DNA of 64,000 nt. Origin: a virus. Its lineage: Duplodnaviria > Caudoviricetes. This document shows positions 28,974 through 38,923 of this stretch, in pieces. The position numbers and the translations under genes were made by a program. Location: IMG/VR virus record IMGVR_UViG_3300029288_000065, positions 96,001 through 160,000 of that record; one strand, written 5' to 3'. Positions within the stretch are counted from its first letter, which is position 1. Each line of letters starts with the position of its first letter. The notes beneath the pieces were generated by a model, which saw only the letters and a program-made list of their open reading frames with translations, ran no database searches and had not been told where the DNA came from.

Positions 28974-29459
28974 ATGGGAAAATCAATACCAACCAACCTC
29001 AAGAAATTAGCACAGCTAAAAATCAAAATTGATATACTAACTGAGAAGTACGAAAAAGACAAAGAATCCTACCAAAAACAACTCACGGAGCCAGGAGAAC
29101 GACTGGTAGATATAGACTCTGGACTTGCTTTAGTAATGATCCAAACCGAAAGACGACAATTTAATATTGAAGGTGTTAAAGCCAATGGAGGACAAGACTG
29201 CGTAGAAGAATCAGTAAGTGCAAAGAAATTTGATGCCAAATTCAAGAAAGGTGAGAAATATCTCCTCTCAGAAGACAAGATACAGGCTTGTTTCACGACA
29301 ACCAAACAAGCACCTTATATGAATTGGGAAGGACTTAAGGAATATCGAAGGAAAATTGAATCGATCCTCCAAAATACTGTAGGAAAAGTAATTAAAGAAG
29401 AGGAAAAACCCAATGCCAAGCCCAAAACCAATTCAGAGAACGGTATTGAAACTACCTGA
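28974..29459 (+). CDS. hypothetical protein
   Basis: SD GAGGAG; 161 aa. Confidence 0.7.
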   Translation: MGKSIPTNLKKLAQLKIKIDILTEKYEKDKESYQKQLTEPGERLVDIDSGLALVMIQTERRQFNIEGVKANGGQDCVEESVSAKKFDAKFKKGEKYLLSEDKIQACFTTTKQAPYMNWEGLKEYRRKIESILQNTVGKVIKEEEKPNAKPKTNSENGIETT

Positions 29460-29670
29460 ATCACTCCAGAGTAACAATATAGCTCTAAGTCTAAACCGAG
29501 AGCAAGCCACTATGCTCCTAAAAGGATTGGAAAGCCTTTCCGAAGACCAAAAGAAGACCGTAGTGTTTGCCAAGATGAAACGAGATCTCGAAAGTATTGT
29601 TGTAATCTGGGATAGACGAATTAAGAATACAAAACTTATTGAAGCTGAAAATGCTAAAAACACTAAATAG
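29413..29670 (+). CDS. hypothetical protein
   Basis: SD GAGG; 85 aa. Confidence 0.55.
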   Translation: MPSPKPIQRTVLKLPESLQSNNIALSLNREQATMLLKGLESLSEDQKKTVVFAKMKRDLESIVVIWDRRIKNTKLIEAENAKNTK

Positions 29671-30343
29671 GATTCTTACATCCTAATCCACAATTGGTAC
29701 ACTTCTGATCTAGTGTTAGAGTGAAATCATGTACAGTATAATTTAAGCCCCAAGATTTGGCTTGAATAGCATAATCTAATGGAGTTGAGATCATTTTCCA
29801 CATAACTGGTTTCCGCCCGAGAAGAATCCATTCTCTAAATTCTGAATCTTTGAATCCGTCAGAAACCATTTTTTCAAATGTCCCCCATGGTTTCCTACTT
29901 TCCAGAACTTGTTGATAACGGTTTATTGATGGCATCCAAGATGATACAACCATCGCATAATAGATAGTCGAAATTTTCCAATCTCTAATCCTCCACCACG
30001 CCCCATAAATCTTGGCAGATCCTAAGAGATTTTCCAAGTCCAAAGTCCAATCAAATTTGGGGATAAATCTACGAGACCACTTCACAAGAATTTCATGATG
30101 TTGACTTGAACACCAATGTAGACCTGCCAGCATTGATGCCACATCACCAACCTGGTGTCCAAATCTTATTGGTGACCCACGGTATGTGGCTCCATACTTG
30201 TAAGCCAAATTCCGAACTGAATCAAAATTCCCATCGTCGTGGACCAATATAGGAATTTTTGGGAAAAACCGTTTCGCAGATTCCAAGAAAAGATGAGTAT
30301 AAGCTGGAGATCCAAAGGTTGAATATACCGTCCCAAAACGCAT
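29663..30343 (-). CDS. GT2-like glycosyltransferase
   Basis: PILVHDDG, GHQVGD. Confidence 0.55.
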   Translation of the reverse strand: MRFGTVYSTFGSPAYTHLFLESAKRFFPKIPILVHDDGNFDSVRNLAYKYGATYRGSPIRFGHQVGDVASMLAGLHWCSSQHHEILVKWSRRFIPKFDWTLDLENLLGSAKIYGAWWRIRDWKISTIYYAMVVSSWMPSINRYQQVLESRKPWGTFEKMVSDGFKDSEFREWILLGRKPVMWKMISTPLDYAIQAKSWGLNYTVHDFTLTLDQKCTNCGLGCKNPI

Positions 30344-30400
30344 TTCCACATCCTTTATCAATATATTTGATTATAAATATAAAAAAGAGGTTTATCTTTG

Positions 30401-31219
30401 ATGTTAAAATCAATTAAAACTTGTATTCCGAGATTAAGAAAACGACCAGAAGTTAAACTCAATATCTTAGAAAAAAGAAACCCAATAATATATGTATATA
30501 CTATTGCTTATAATGAAGAGGTAATGATACCATTTTGGTTAAGACATTATTCAAAATTTGCAACTAAATTGATAATTTATGATAATTTTTCAACAGATTC
30601 AACGAGACAAATAATTACATCATTTCCTAACACTGAGATTAAACAATTCGATACCAAAAACACACTTGATGAAAATAATTTACTTAAAATTAAAAATGAA
30701 TGTTATAAAGAAGCGAGAGGATATGCCGATTTGGTCATCGTCTGTGATGTTGACGAAATTCTCTACCATCAGGATATAATTGGTTTTTTAAAATATTGTT
30801 TGGAACAAAAAATTACATTCCCACGGGTTCTGGGGTTTCAGATGGTTGGGAAACAAGTTCCAACATTTGGACAGATTTATGACCACATAAAAACAGGTGT
30901 CGAATTTGAACGTGAATCGAAACATATCATTTTTGATCCGTTGTTAGATATTAATTTTACAACTGGTGCGCACGAGTGTAATCCTATTGGGGCAATCAAG
31001 TCATCTGAAGATTCTTTTTTATTATTACATTATAAATTCTTATCTCTAGATTTCGTAATTAAACGATATAATCTACTATGTAGTAGATTATCTGAAAATA
31101 ATAAAACGAGAAAATGGGGATGGGAATATCAAGTTACAAATAATCAAATTAAGAATTGGTATTTTGATTTATTGAAGAAATCCAAAAATATTTTAGAAAG
31201 AGAATGGAAGAGATATTGA
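30401..31219 (+). CDS. GT2 (Glyco_tranf_2_4-like) glycosyltransferase
   Basis: AYNEE..PFWLRHY, YDNFSTDST, VCDVDE, GAH, LLHYK. Confidence 0.85.
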   Translation: MLKSIKTCIPRLRKRPEVKLNILEKRNPIIYVYTIAYNEEVMIPFWLRHYSKFATKLIIYDNFSTDSTRQIITSFPNTEIKQFDTKNTLDENNLLKIKNECYKEARGYADLVIVCDVDEILYHQDIIGFLKYCLEQKITFPRVLGFQMVGKQVPTFGQIYDHIKTGVEFERESKHIIFDPLLDINFTTGAHECNPIGAIKSSEDSFLLLHYKFLSLDFVIKRYNLLCSRLSENNKTRKWGWEYQVTNNQIKNWYFDLLKKSKNILEREWKRY

Positions 31220-31232
31220 TCAAAGATCATAT

Positions 31233-31991
31233 ATGTTAAAGTCAGTATTCCAAAAACCTGGATTTCCACCTCTGAGAAAAATTATCCCAAATCAAGAAAC
31301 AAACAAAATTAGATATAACAAAAATTTTGAAATAGATATAGTTGAATTTTGTTCATTATCATGTTTAAATTGTAATAGGTCATGTGCATCCCATCAAGCA
31401 CCATCCAATCGATTTATCTCTATTGATGCTATAAAAGATTTTCTTCATCAAGTGAAAATATTTAAATGGGATTTAGAAAATATACATATTGTTGGTGGTG
31501 AACCAACTCTTCATCCACAATTTTTCCAATTATTAGAAATACTACAAAAATCAGGTATCCCAAATTTACAATTAACCTTAATTACAAATGGATATAGTGA
31601 AAAAACCAAACAAATTTTAAATCAAGTTCCAAAATCAATTAAGATTTTAAATTCAAAGAAAACCTCAAATATACAGAAAAATTTCGTATCATTCAATGTT
31701 GCGCCAATTGACCTTGAAGATTTCAAGGGATCCAATTTTTCGCAAGGGTGTCAAATTTCAGCAAAATGTGGATATGGTCTTGGCGTGTCTGGTTTTTACC
31801 CATGTTGTGTAGCGGCTGGAATAGATAGAGTATTCAAGTTTAATCTTCAGCAATCTTCTTTACAAAGTCTAACAACACAATGGTATAATAAAACTTGCTC
31901 TATTCTGTGCCGTTTTTGCGGTCATTTTCATGGGAAATCTCACTTTGATCCAAATTTTAAATCTCAATCATGGGTGAAAGCATATGGATAA
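31233..31991 (+). CDS. radical SAM protein
   Basis: CSLSCLNC, GGEPTLHP, ITNG, C-terminal Cys cluster. Confidence 0.85.
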   Translation: MLKSVFQKPGFPPLRKIIPNQETNKIRYNKNFEIDIVEFCSLSCLNCNRSCASHQAPSNRFISIDAIKDFLHQVKIFKWDLENIHIVGGEPTLHPQFFQLLEILQKSGIPNLQLTLITNGYSEKTKQILNQVPKSIKILNSKKTSNIQKNFVSFNVAPIDLEDFKGSNFSQGCQISAKCGYGLGVSGFYPCCVAAGIDRVFKFNLQQSSLQSLTTQWYNKTCSILCRFCGHFHGKSHFDPNFKSQSWVKAYG

Positions 31992-32808
31992 GTTTCAACA
32001 GAGGATTTCAAAAAAATCAAGAAATTTACAACCTATTTTTATAAATCCAAAACTTACAAAACTTGAACCAAAAAGTATCGTTGAATCAAAAAATCATTTA
32101 TTTTTGAGAAATAATTTATATAATACTAATCCATGTTTAGTTCATTGTCCTAATATAGGAAATTCATTGAACAAATTTCCAAATTTATTATTCCTCCAAG
32201 ATTTTTTGGATCGGCCAGCAGTAAAAATAGACAGTAGTCAATATACTATTATATTTTATAATAACAAGAAAAATTCTATTCTTCAAAAAAGTATGCAAAG
32301 ATGGAATTTTAAAAATATAATACATTTAGGGCAGGATCAGATTTGGGAAAATTTTATGCAAAGAATAAAATTATTAATTCAATCATTTTCAAAAATAAAA
32401 ACTGAATTCTTTTTCTTTCTTGATGCTTTTGATGTTGTAATATGTAATGATTTAACTCAAGCTATAAAATCATTAACATCGAAAAAATGTGATGCATTAT
32501 ATAATGCAGAAACAGCTCAATATCCAATTGACTTTTGTACAAAATCATTTGAAAGATCCATTATTAAAGAAAATCCACAATGTTTTTTAAATGCAGGTGT
32601 ATCAGTTTGGAAGACCAAATTTTTTAAAGAAATTATGTCTGAATTTTTGGAAACCAGTATTGATAATGATCAATGTGTAATAAAGTTATTATATCAAAAA
32701 TATTTTCCACGTATTCAAATTGACTCAAACAGTGAATCTTTCCAAGTTATTTCACCACCAAATTGGGGTATATATATGAGACCTTATTTGGAGATTTTAA
32801 AATGTTAA
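31984..32808 (+). CDS. PLOD/LH3-type glycosyltransferase domain protein
   Basis: FLDAFDVV, YNAE, FLNAG, DNDQ, IDSNSESFQ. Confidence 0.7.
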   Translation: MDKFQQRISKKSRNLQPIFINPKLTKLEPKSIVESKNHLFLRNNLYNTNPCLVHCPNIGNSLNKFPNLLFLQDFLDRPAVKIDSSQYTIIFYNNKKNSILQKSMQRWNFKNIIHLGQDQIWENFMQRIKLLIQSFSKIKTEFFFFLDAFDVVICNDLTQAIKSLTSKKCDALYNAETAQYPIDFCTKSFERSIIKENPQCFLNAGVSVWKTKFFKEIMSEFLETSIDNDQCVIKLLYQKYFPRIQIDSNSESFQVISPPNWGIYMRPYLEILKC

Positions 32809-33593
32809 AATCAATGATAAAACCTGGATTTCCGAAATTACGTCGGCAATTTGTTTCTCCTACTCTTTCGAAAATTCAAAAATCCGGTGCTATTGTTTTA
32901 ACTGCATCTTTTATTGCTAATACGCCTACTCATGATCATAAAATTAAAGATGAATACAATAGAATTAGACAATATATATATTGTTTGCTTTCTTGGCCAA
33001 ATACTAATATACAAGACATAATATTTTGTGAAAACAATATAAAATTCCCATTTGATTTTAACGATTTGATAAGTATCTGCAATTCTAAGGGTACAAAACT
33101 TGAAATTCTTAGATTTGATAGTTCAAAACAAGATAAATATAAAGGATATGGTTTTCTGGAACATAATATTTTAAAATATGTTTTTGAAAATTCAAAATTT
33201 TTATTAAAACATAAAAATTTTTTTAAAGTGACAGGTCGTCTATTTATAGAAAATTTTAATGAAATAAATACAATGAATTTAACCAATAATAATGTATTTT
33301 CAAAATGCTATTTTGACAATCGTTTTTTGGATACAAGATTTTTCAAAATGTCATGTGATTTTTTTAGAGAAAATTTATATAATATACCTGAAGATCGTTT
33401 TGATTTTGCCAAAAATCATATAGAAAGTGTGTATACGCAACACATAAAAGACTTTGATTTTTTCAAAGAGAAACCAATAATTGTTGGTAGAGAAGCTTAT
33501 CATAATATTATTTATGATAAGGATTATTCTCAGGAACTGATCACATTTTCACAAAAATTTATCCCAGAGAGACCAATTAACCAAAAACGCTAA
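32802..33593 (+). CDS. GT-A-like protein (paralog of 24020..24760)
   Basis: LTAS, KGYGFLE, FKVTGRLFIENF, DTRFF. Confidence 0.6.
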   Translation: MLKSMIKPGFPKLRRQFVSPTLSKIQKSGAIVLTASFIANTPTHDHKIKDEYNRIRQYIYCLLSWPNTNIQDIIFCENNIKFPFDFNDLISICNSKGTKLEILRFDSSKQDKYKGYGFLEHNILKYVFENSKFLLKHKNFFKVTGRLFIENFNEINTMNLTNNNVFSKCYFDNRFLDTRFFKMSCDFFRENLYNIPEDRFDFAKNHIESVYTQHIKDFDFFKEKPIIVGREAYHNIIYDKDYSQELITFSQKFIPERPINQKR

Positions 33594-34248
33594 GAACCTT
33601 CGCCAATCTATCACTTAAAGCAGGTCTCACGACATCACGATGTGATCTCTTAGGATGAAAATGCACCACTCTGGCTGGTAATTGCGCGGTCTTAAACCTT
33701 TCCTGAAAACCAGTCACACCAATATTATATGTATTATCCAAGAAAGTAACCCTATCATTCTCGGAAAGAACCTCAAAAAGCGCCCTTTCCTCTCTTGGAT
33801 AATTACATTCCATGATTCTGTTTGTAACTTTCTCAATCAAATCTTTTGCTGAATCCCTAAGGAAGATACTCCCACCAGCCAATCTCTTGGTTGGGTATTT
33901 ACAAAGTGCCATATCTTTAAATTCTGGTTCTTCAAAAAATACATTCTGCCAAGCATCCAAATCGTGTAACCAGATACTGTCATTTATTGGTAAAATTTTT
34001 AAAATCCCAAATAATTTGCTTCCAGTTGGACAAATTTTATTCAATTCATAGACTCTAGATGCTATTCCTTGATATTCATATGGGAAATTTGATATTATTA
34101 TTATATCATCTTTTTCCCATCCTAGTGATAAACTATTTTCTATCTGTAATTCTAGATATTTCTTCATTCGTGCTATAAATCGCATTGAATCTTGGACTTT
34201 GTATATGTCTTCTACTGGTTGGATATTGACGACCATGACGTTTTTCAT
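33577..34248 (-). CDS. GT-A-like glycosyltransferase
   Basis: WLHDLDAW (DxD), GGSIF, YNIG, VVHFHP. Confidence 0.55.
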   Translation of the reverse strand: MKNVMVVNIQPVEDIYKVQDSMRFIARMKKYLELQIENSLSLGWEKDDIIIISNFPYEYQGIASRVYELNKICPTGSKLFGILKILPINDSIWLHDLDAWQNVFFEEPEFKDMALCKYPTKRLAGGSIFLRDSAKDLIEKVTNRIMECNYPREERALFEVLSENDRVTFLDNTYNIGVTGFQERFKTAQLPARVVHFHPKRSHRDVVRPALSDRLAKVLSVFG

Positions 34249-34895
34249 ATATCATACTTTAATTTCAACGTGTCTTCCCAAACTTTTTCTTCTGATTGTT
34301 CCGCATCTATGAATTGAATAGAATGTGGGCGTTCCCAGTTTCTCATTAGGTGGAGTGCGTTGTCCCAGAGTGTAGAAAGTGGGCGAGATATCTCTGTATA
34401 GGCATTACTTACTGCTTCGAAGTAGGTATCCCCTCGGGATTCTATCTTATCCAGGGTTGCTCTTGTTTGGATGCGTTTTTTGGCTATCTCCCATTTACAG
34501 AGATATATTATTAGTAGGTCAATTCGTGGTGTTTCAATCATCTTTTGAAGTTCAAGAAATCGTGAATCTAATTTTCCTGCTGCATATCCGTAGGCCAATC
34601 CTCCTATTAGATTGGATCTGTCACAAATTACTATTTTTCCTTCTTCTAGGGCTGGTTTGTGGATTTGGTTTGTGAAGCTAGTTAGGTCTGCCAGCATTAA
34701 TATTTGTTCTGTATATCTGTCTATTGTTACTTCTGGATCGTGTTTTACCAGGTGTCTTATTTTTTGTCCTAAGATGGTTGCTCCTGGATGTTTGGTATGG
34801 ATTGCTGTGTCACCCAGGTGGTTTTTGAGCCTGAGGCTCATGGTTGATTTGCCGCTTCCATCTATTCCTTCGAAGACTATGGTTTTCCCTGTCAT
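34245..34895 (-). CDS. tmk: thymidylate (dTMP) kinase
   Basis: IVFEGIDGSGKST, KHPG, VICDR, AYG. Confidence 0.93.
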   Translation of the reverse strand: MTGKTIVFEGIDGSGKSTMSLRLKNHLGDTAIHTKHPGATILGQKIRHLVKHDPEVTIDRYTEQILMLADLTSFTNQIHKPALEEGKIVICDRSNLIGGLAYGYAAGKLDSRFLELQKMIETPRIDLLIIYLCKWEIAKKRIQTRATLDKIESRGDTYFEAVSNAYTEISRPLSTLWDNALHLMRNWERPHSIQFIDAEQSEEKVWEDTLKLKYDI

Positions 34896-35104
34896 GTTTG
34901 TTTGTATCCTTTTTGTTTGTATCCTTTTATTTCACTACCGTCTTTCATATGGATTAGGACAAAATGTGGTATTCCTAGTGATGATGGGCAATATCCAGAA
35001 TTTTTTCTGGCCCAAGAGATTTCTTCGGGGTTTACCAGAACTCTTTGATATGATGCGTCTGGTCCTGGTACTTTATTGTCGATTGGGCCTATTTCAATTA
35101 GCAT
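34892..35104 (-). CDS. hypothetical protein
   Basis: 70 aa, ATGA-coupled to tmk. Confidence 0.5.
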   Translation of the reverse strand: MLIEIGPIDNKVPGPDASYQRVLVNPEEISWARKNSGYCPSSLGIPHFVLIHMKDGSEIKGYKQKGYKQT

Positions 35105-35118
35105 AATTCTTAAATACT

Positions 35119-35152
35119 GCGCGGCCCCTGATAGCCAATCCAGGGGCCGCGC
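35119..35152. terminator. GC-rich hairpin, probable terminator/processing stem
   Basis: GCGCGGCCCCTG / CAGGGGCCGCGC 12-bp inverted repeat right after the stop of the LolA-like gene; weak U tract. Confidence 0.65.
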
Positions 35153-35158
35153 TGTTAA

Positions 35159-35989
35159 TTACGACAGCCAATCCTTCTTCTCTAATTCTTGGATGTCCAA
35201 AGTTTTGGCTTCGGGTGGTATGGTGATATTGAAGATGGTTTCATTGTATTGTTGGTCCATAAGTACTTCACTGAAGTTGAATGTAATTTTGGCATCCTCG
35301 GTTACTGAGAAGGATACTTGGTGTGGGATTAGTTGTCCGTTTATTGTTTTGTAGTTGTCGAAAGAAATAATTCCTGTTAGGTCGCCGTTTTCGTCGTATT
35401 TGTAGATGTTTGTTATGATGATTTTTCCATCTGTTGTTCGTCCGAACACTACTTTCTTTAGTACTTTTACTATGTCTCCAGTGGTATTGATGACTACCAT
35501 CGTATTCTTTTCTCGGATATATCTCCTTTGCGTTGCGTTGGCGTCCCACGCGTTTGGAAACATCAGAGAGTACCCACACAGCTCTGATGTTAGTAAAGAG
35601 AACCAGCTTTTTAATTTACAGACGTCTACTTTGCTTCCGGTGAATACTACGTCCTTTCTTGGAAGGAATATTGTTGCTTTTTCTCCTGTTACTGAATAGT
35701 CTATTACTTGGGCTATTTCTGCGTAATTTATTCTGATTCTGGTGCTTTGGTTGGTGGTGAATACTACTGCATTTAGGTTTGTGTCTTTCCCTTTACTGTT
35801 TATGACTACTGTTCCTTTTACTAGGAGGTTGTCTAGTCCGTAGCCGCGTGTTTCCATGTCACAGATTTGTTGGTGATCTGTGTGGCTCGTGACTGCTGTT
35901 GTGAGGGGTATGTTGTTCATGGCTAGGTCTTGGGACAGACATAGACATGGTGATGCCACTACCGCGAGTAGCAGTAATTTCGTATTCAT
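35159..35989 (-). CDS. secreted LolA-like (lipoprotein-carrier fold) protein
   Basis: signal peptide; ISFDNYKTING..IPHQV..FSEV....ETIFNITIPPEAK. Confidence 0.6.
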   Translation of the reverse strand: MNTKLLLLAVVASPCLCLSQDLAMNNIPLTTAVTSHTDHQQICDMETRGYGLDNLLVKGTVVINSKGKDTNLNAVVFTTNQSTRIRINYAEIAQVIDYSVTGEKATIFLPRKDVVFTGSKVDVCKLKSWFSLLTSELCGYSLMFPNAWDANATQRRYIREKNTMVVINTTGDIVKVLKKVVFGRTTDGKIIITNIYKYDENGDLTGIISFDNYKTINGQLIPHQVSFSVTEDAKITFNFSEVLMDQQYNETIFNITIPPEAKTLDIQELEKKDWLS

Positions 35990-36006
35990 CGTGTCTCCTG
36001 TTTGTC

Positions 36007-36720
36007 TCACTTCTTGGGTGGTGGGAATTTTTCGCCTAAGGTGGAATTCACCCTAAGCTCTTCGGTTGCTGATTTCTCCTTTACGGCTTTCTGTAACTCC
36101 TGGACTGTAGTTGTTAGCTGTCGAAATGCTTGATCTTGTCTCGTTGCATTTTCTTTGATGCTTGAGACAATGGTTTCGACATTCTTATTAGAGGACACAC
36201 TCGTGCTGAGTGATGTCAGTGCTGTTTTGATTTCTGTCAGGTCTACTGGTCCTCCTTCCTTTGGGATGGAATCGAGCTTCTCCCCCAGACTTACGATCTG
36301 TTCTTGGACTTTGGCGAATTTCTGGTTGACGGCATCAACCAGCTTGTTCATGTTCTGGCTTGTTCCGTCAAGTGAAGTCGCAATTGTCCCCAGTGCGTGT
36401 TCTGTTCTCTGTGTTGCCTCCTTACTTGGTTCAACGCGTAGAACGGTTGGTGTTTGCGGAGCTTGGGCTGGTGCTGGTGCCATCTTTTGTTGCATGTTTT
36501 GGAGTACGGTCTGACCTGTGATTGTCAGGTAGTGCCCCAAAAAGATTGCAAAGAGACAAATCAACATGAAAACAGCTGCCCACAGAAATGGTAAGCCACG
36601 TTGTTCTTGATGTGGTTGGAAGGCACCTGCGACCTTATTGGTGAAACTTTCTCTCAGACCTTCTTTCATTTCCTTTGCCATTACTGCACTACTCTTGGCA
36701 ACTTCATTTTGTTGTTCCAT
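36007..36720 (-). CDS. single-pass membrane protein with coiled coil
   Basis: TM LPFLWAAVFMLICLFAIFLG; SD AAGGAG. Confidence 0.7.
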   Translation of the reverse strand: MEQQNEVAKSSAVMAKEMKEGLRESFTNKVAGAFQPHQEQRGLPFLWAAVFMLICLFAIFLGHYLTITGQTVLQNMQQKMAPAPAQAPQTPTVLRVEPSKEATQRTEHALGTIATSLDGTSQNMNKLVDAVNQKFAKVQEQIVSLGEKLDSIPKEGGPVDLTEIKTALTSLSTSVSSNKNVETIVSSIKENATRQDQAFRQLTTTVQELQKAVKEKSATEELRVNSTLGEKFPPPKK

Positions 36721-37003
36721 CGTACTCTCCTTTTTGTGATGATTTTTATCGCACCCGATAATTCTACCTGTTCTCCGAATTTGGTGAAGTATCGGATATT
36801 GACAACAGCGAACCAATGCGTTGTCTCATCGTACATCCTCCTCTATGTGTTATCAGGGCCTCAGCCCTGAAAGTACAGAAATCGGTCCATCAAATACATA
36901 CATTACGAAAATGTTGTTACATATTCTATCTTATTTTTGACAAAATGCAAGTATTCAGAAACCAAAAATAAGATTATCAAACATCAATATTGACATTCAT
37001 CCG

Positions 37004-37378
37004 TTAGAGAGCTAATGAATTTTTGATATGTAATATATTTACTCTTTTGAAAATAACATCATCATGCCATTTGCCATCATAATTCGTCTTTACACGGTCA
37101 AAATACTTCAATTTTTGCCAAGTCTCAGCCAAAACTCTGACATCTTCGACATCTGACCACCCGGAAACATACTTGCCGGCTAACCACGGACTTCTTTTCA
37201 ATCCGACCCAATCACAAATATCACTCATCATACCCTGCCAGGACCAAGAAAAACCAACATCCAACTCCTTAAAAGACTGACAGAAAGGTCTATCAATCTG
37301 ATTATAAAAGTAAACGCAAAAACTATCCCAAAGTTTCTCAGGATCAACTTTAGGATCACGAATATCAATGTTCATCAT
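37004..37378 (-). CDS. hypothetical protein, DP-x-x-DPEKL family
   Basis: MNIDIRDPKVDPEKLW...VLAETWQKLKYF. Confidence 0.6.
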   Translation of the reverse strand: MMNIDIRDPKVDPEKLWDSFCVYFYNQIDRPFCQSFKELDVGFSWSWQGMMSDICDWVGLKRSPWLAGKYVSGWSDVEDVRVLAETWQKLKYFDRVKTNYDGKWHDDVIFKRVNILHIKNSLAL

Positions 37379-37549
37379 TCGAAAATCCCGTACAAACCAA
37401 GATGTGCATTGGCCAAAGCTTGGAGTCGAACAATGTAAAAATCTTGCTTTCGAAGTCTCTCCAAACAATTTCTACACAACCAAAAACCACAAAGCTGGAT
37501 TTCAGCTTCTTGTTCCCAACCATTATCAAGACATGCTCTACACTTCACC

Positions 37550-38353
37550 TTATCCCTCCTTTTTATAGTTCGCCTTTATGTTGGCATCCGCGTAATCCCA
37601 GAACTTGTTCTTGATGTAGTATCTCTGATTCGCGGCTGTCACCTTCTTGAGAATCTTTTGTAGGAGATCAGTCCATTTGATCTTCTTGTGAATTTCCGGA
37701 TTCCACCTTGGATCAACCACTCCGATCTTTAGCTTTCCGGTTTTCCCACAGAGCATATCAACCACGTCCAATGCTTCCTTTTCGTCCATGATTGGCTCGA
37801 TACTTACCCAGGTTTTTTGTCCATCTTTGTGGGCTTGCCAGATCGCGTCAACTCTGCTCTGGATGCTGCTTGCGTTTGGCTCCCAGATTTGTCTTTGTGT
37901 TTCACTTGCCCAGACTATTGTCGTTGCTAGTTCGGTGTCATATCGCCGGATTAGGTCGTAGTCGTTTGAGATTGCCATTCCTGGATTTTTGGTTAGGATC
38001 GTTACTTTCATGTTGTTTTCGCCGAGGATTTCCAGAACTCGCCTGGTCATTCTCCATTCTTGTTCTAGAGGTTGGTATGGGTCGCTGGTGAAGCTTAGGA
38101 GGACTCTTCGTTTGTCATTTTTCATTTTCTTGGCTTTGTTGGTTAGTTTTCGGAAGAAGATCTTTTTCTTTTCATCGAAGGTTGCATCTGTTGGTCCGAT
38201 TAGTCCGAGTGTTGAGTCTACTTTCTTTCCTCCGATCATTTCCAGGAATCCTGGTACGTAGCAATATTTGCAGTTGTGTCCGCATCCTTTGTAGTAGTTT
38301 AGTGCCAGTGGGGCGTATTCCAGGGCTGGTCCTTTTGGTGCGTAGATTGGCAT
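37550..38353 (-). CDS. radical SAM protein (SPL/Rv2578c-like)
   Basis: GCGHNCKYCY, SDPYQP, ILTK, WVSIEP; SD AAGGAG. Confidence 0.88.
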   Translation of the reverse strand: MPIYAPKGPALEYAPLALNYYKGCGHNCKYCYVPGFLEMIGGKKVDSTLGLIGPTDATFDEKKKIFFRKLTNKAKKMKNDKRRVLLSFTSDPYQPLEQEWRMTRRVLEILGENNMKVTILTKNPGMAISNDYDLIRRYDTELATTIVWASETQRQIWEPNASSIQSRVDAIWQAHKDGQKTWVSIEPIMDEKEALDVVDMLCGKTGKLKIGVVDPRWNPEIHKKIKWTDLLQKILKKVTAANQRYYIKNKFWDYADANIKANYKKEG

Positions 38354-38396
38354 TTCGTTCTCCTTGTTGATAATATATCTCAGCGCGGCCATTCTT

Positions 38397-38921
38397 AAAT
38401 TCCACGTATTTGAGTCTCTATGAAAGCAAACGATTTCTGGTTAAGGTTGATTGAAAAAGCGAGATTTCTCCATCCACGACGCATTTTTGTTGTATCGTTT
38501 GGATTGTATACTGCTTTCAATAATTGTAGAAGTGGAGAAAGACGACCACAAAATCCCAATCCTCTTCAAGAACTCTTATATTTAATGAATAAAACAGAAG
38601 AAATATCGACATTAATTGCTACTCCTGCCAATAGCGAAAAACAAGATCGTTTTTTAAATGAAGTTGCGGTCTTAAAAAGAGAAGCAATTGTACCAAGAGT
38701 TGAGGTTAGAATACATCCACATAATCATTCGAAAATTATAATATTCATTTGTGGTAATAAATTAAGTGATGTACACATTTGGAATGGTAGTTTAAATTTC
38801 AGTAGTTCAAATAATAATCATTTTTATGACTTTTTATCAACTGTTACACTAAAAGAAGAAAAGATCCAGAGTCTCACTCTTTGTACGAAGATTCTTAAAG
38901 AATCAAAAATTCCACGTATTT
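38397..38921 (+). repeat. 15-bp direct repeat AAATTCCACGTATTT flanking the PLD-like gene
   Basis: identical copies at 38397-38411 and 38907-38921. Confidence 0.8.
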
Positions 38922-38923
38922 AA
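38420..38923 (+). CDS. phospholipase D-fold (HKD-like) nuclease
   Basis: HSKIIIF...WNGSLNFS. Confidence 0.65.
   Translation: MKANDFWLRLIEKARFLHPRRIFVVSFGLYTAFNNCRSGERRPQNPNPLQELLYLMNKTEEISTLIATPANSEKQDRFLNEVAVLKREAIVPRVEVRIHPHNHSKIIIFICGNKLSDVHIWNGSLNFSSSNNNHFYDFLSTVTLKEEKIQSLTLCTKILKESKIPRI

Noticed and set aside
28841-29062. ORF 28841..29062 and the N-terminal extension of 28440..28895
   Set aside because: They overlap the tRNA gene.
36720-37000. Small hairpin TCAGGGC-TGAG-GCCCTGA and a short SD-led ORF upstream of 36720
   Set aside because: Could be a leader, but I see no mechanism or second line of evidence.
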